Shown here: piece by piece, positions 62,510-64,000 of the stretch
How positions within the stretch are numbered: the first letter of the stretch is position 1
How the letters are laid out: every line of letters begins with the position of its first letter
NCBI RefSeq assembly: GCF_963921235.1
Contig: NC_086108.1
Location: 94,118,001-94,182,000 of the forward strand
Source of the DNA: Mobula hypostoma
Taxonomy: Eukaryota
Direction of reading: 5' to 3'
Length of the DNA: 64,000 nt
Position numbers and translations under genes: made by a program
The notes under the pieces: model-generated
Database searches by the model: none
What the model saw: the letters and a program-made list of their open reading frames with translations, nothing else
Told to the model about the DNA's origin: nothing

Positions 62510-62935
62510 TAAATTGTCATATGTACGGAGGTTCCGAGGAAGGCTCGTCTTACATACTGTTCATACGGATTAGATCATTACACAGTGCATTAAGGTAGAA
62601 CGAGGTAAAACTATCACAATGTAGAATAAAATTAACAGCTACAAAGGAAGTACAATGCAGGTAAACAATAAGGTACAAGGTCATAACAAGATAGATTGCG
62701 AGGTCGAGTCCAATTTATTGTGGTGGGGAATTATTTAATAGATATATAACAGTGGGATAGAAGTTGTTTTTGAACCTGCTGGTACGTACTTTCAGGCTTT
62801 CATATCTTCTGCCCGATGGAAGAAGGGAGAAGAAAGAATGTCAGGGATGGGTGGGGATTTTTGATTACGATGGCTGCTTTAATGAAACAGGAAGAAGTGT
62901 AGACAGAGTCCACAGAGGGGAAGCTGGTTTCCAAG
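62510..62935 (-). mobile_element. Old Rex1/Babar-type LINE 3' fragment
   Basis: Matches the 28100-28470 tail family. Confidence 0.6.
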
Positions 62936-64000
62936 ATGGGTCAGTCACATTTAAACAAACAGACTTGCAAGAAAAATCGCACACAGCGTCTCCTTGTAGA
63001 ATGAGCACCATTCAGTCTGGACAGTCCCTATTTTATCTTGAGAATAATTTTATCACTCTGGACAGAGGGATACTGCCCACGGTTGAGATTAATCCAGCAA
63101 TAAGTGCTCTGTACTTTGGTGATGAATGTTAGGTCATAGACTTTGAAGGAATGAATTAAACTTGGTACAAGCACCAACTCCTTTTACAGAGTAAAATTCC
63201 TTTGTAATACTCAGATAAAAGACTTATCTAAAATCCAATTCCTATTTACAGTCAAGTCCTGTGTACGCGGATCAAATTGTTGACACAGGTTGGCACACTG
63301 AGCCTGTCAAATGACAAGAATCAGTCTGAGTATATGGACAGAACAAAGGTCTCCATCTGAGGCACGCAGGGGGCCTGACCTATGGGTGAACAGCCTTCTC
63401 TGATCCACCACTGAGGGACCTCAAGAGTCCGACCTCTGTCAGGTGGGTGCTCGGTAATGCAATGTGCAGTTCGCACCCCAGCACACAAAGGCAACCTTCA
63501 CAGCCAGGTTGTTCAAACACATTGTCTCCCACTACCGTTTACTCACTCTCCCCACCACTCTCTCCCCCTTCTCTGCTCTGCTTACTCACTGAAGCCTTCT
63601 CTCCTGCAACTCCCTCTCCTCAGCTGGAACCACTGGCCCCTCTAAACTGCACGGGTGCGCGGCCGGGCAGTATCTGAAATGCTCCCACACACGTTGCCTT
63701 GTTGCTGCAGAGCTGCAGCTTTTATATAATGTTAATATAATTTTGAAATCTATATTAATATAATTTTAAAATATCCTGTAATTAGGTTTAATGAATAGAA
63801 TACATAAATTTTCTAACTAATAAATGTAAGTACCGCAACCTTTACTTTAAAACATTTTAGAGCTTCAACGTATTTACATTATCAGTGCTTCAAGTTACAA
63901 CACTGTTACAAATTGTAACAATAAACACAGAATGGAAGTCAGTAGCTCATTGTTAATAAACCGCTGACCTGCTAAATGCCAATGATAAGTTTAAAAGTTT

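Noticed and set aside
55887..64000. Next BCAR3-like exon (FSKE...SH2)
   Set aside because: No matching reading frame was found by eye; presumed to lie downstream of the window.

Overview
This is repeat-dense vertebrate genomic DNA, most likely from a cartilaginous fish such as a ray. That assignment is inferred from the Rex1/Babar, CR1, Penelope and V-SINE-type repeat mix. The window is mostly intronic and carries three phase-compatible + strand exons (11099-11213, 31597-31921, 55853-55886) of a BCAR3-like NSP-family adaptor gene. The first of these encodes the C-terminal half of a SAM domain, spliced in frame onto the position that is the start methionine in mammalian BCAR3. The gene start and the SH2/RasGEF exons were not found in the window. 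The introns contain many decayed LINEs and SINEs, a Tigger/pogo remnant, hAT-type MITEs with target-site duplications (TSDs), a 5.7-kb tandem duplication with a clean microhomology junction, and a 40-bp minisatellite. Many Penelope-like insertions carry a minimal type I hammerhead-ribozyme motif; the short copies repeatedly begin at that motif and often form fold-backs. Boundaries of decayed repeats are approximate, and no database searches were run.
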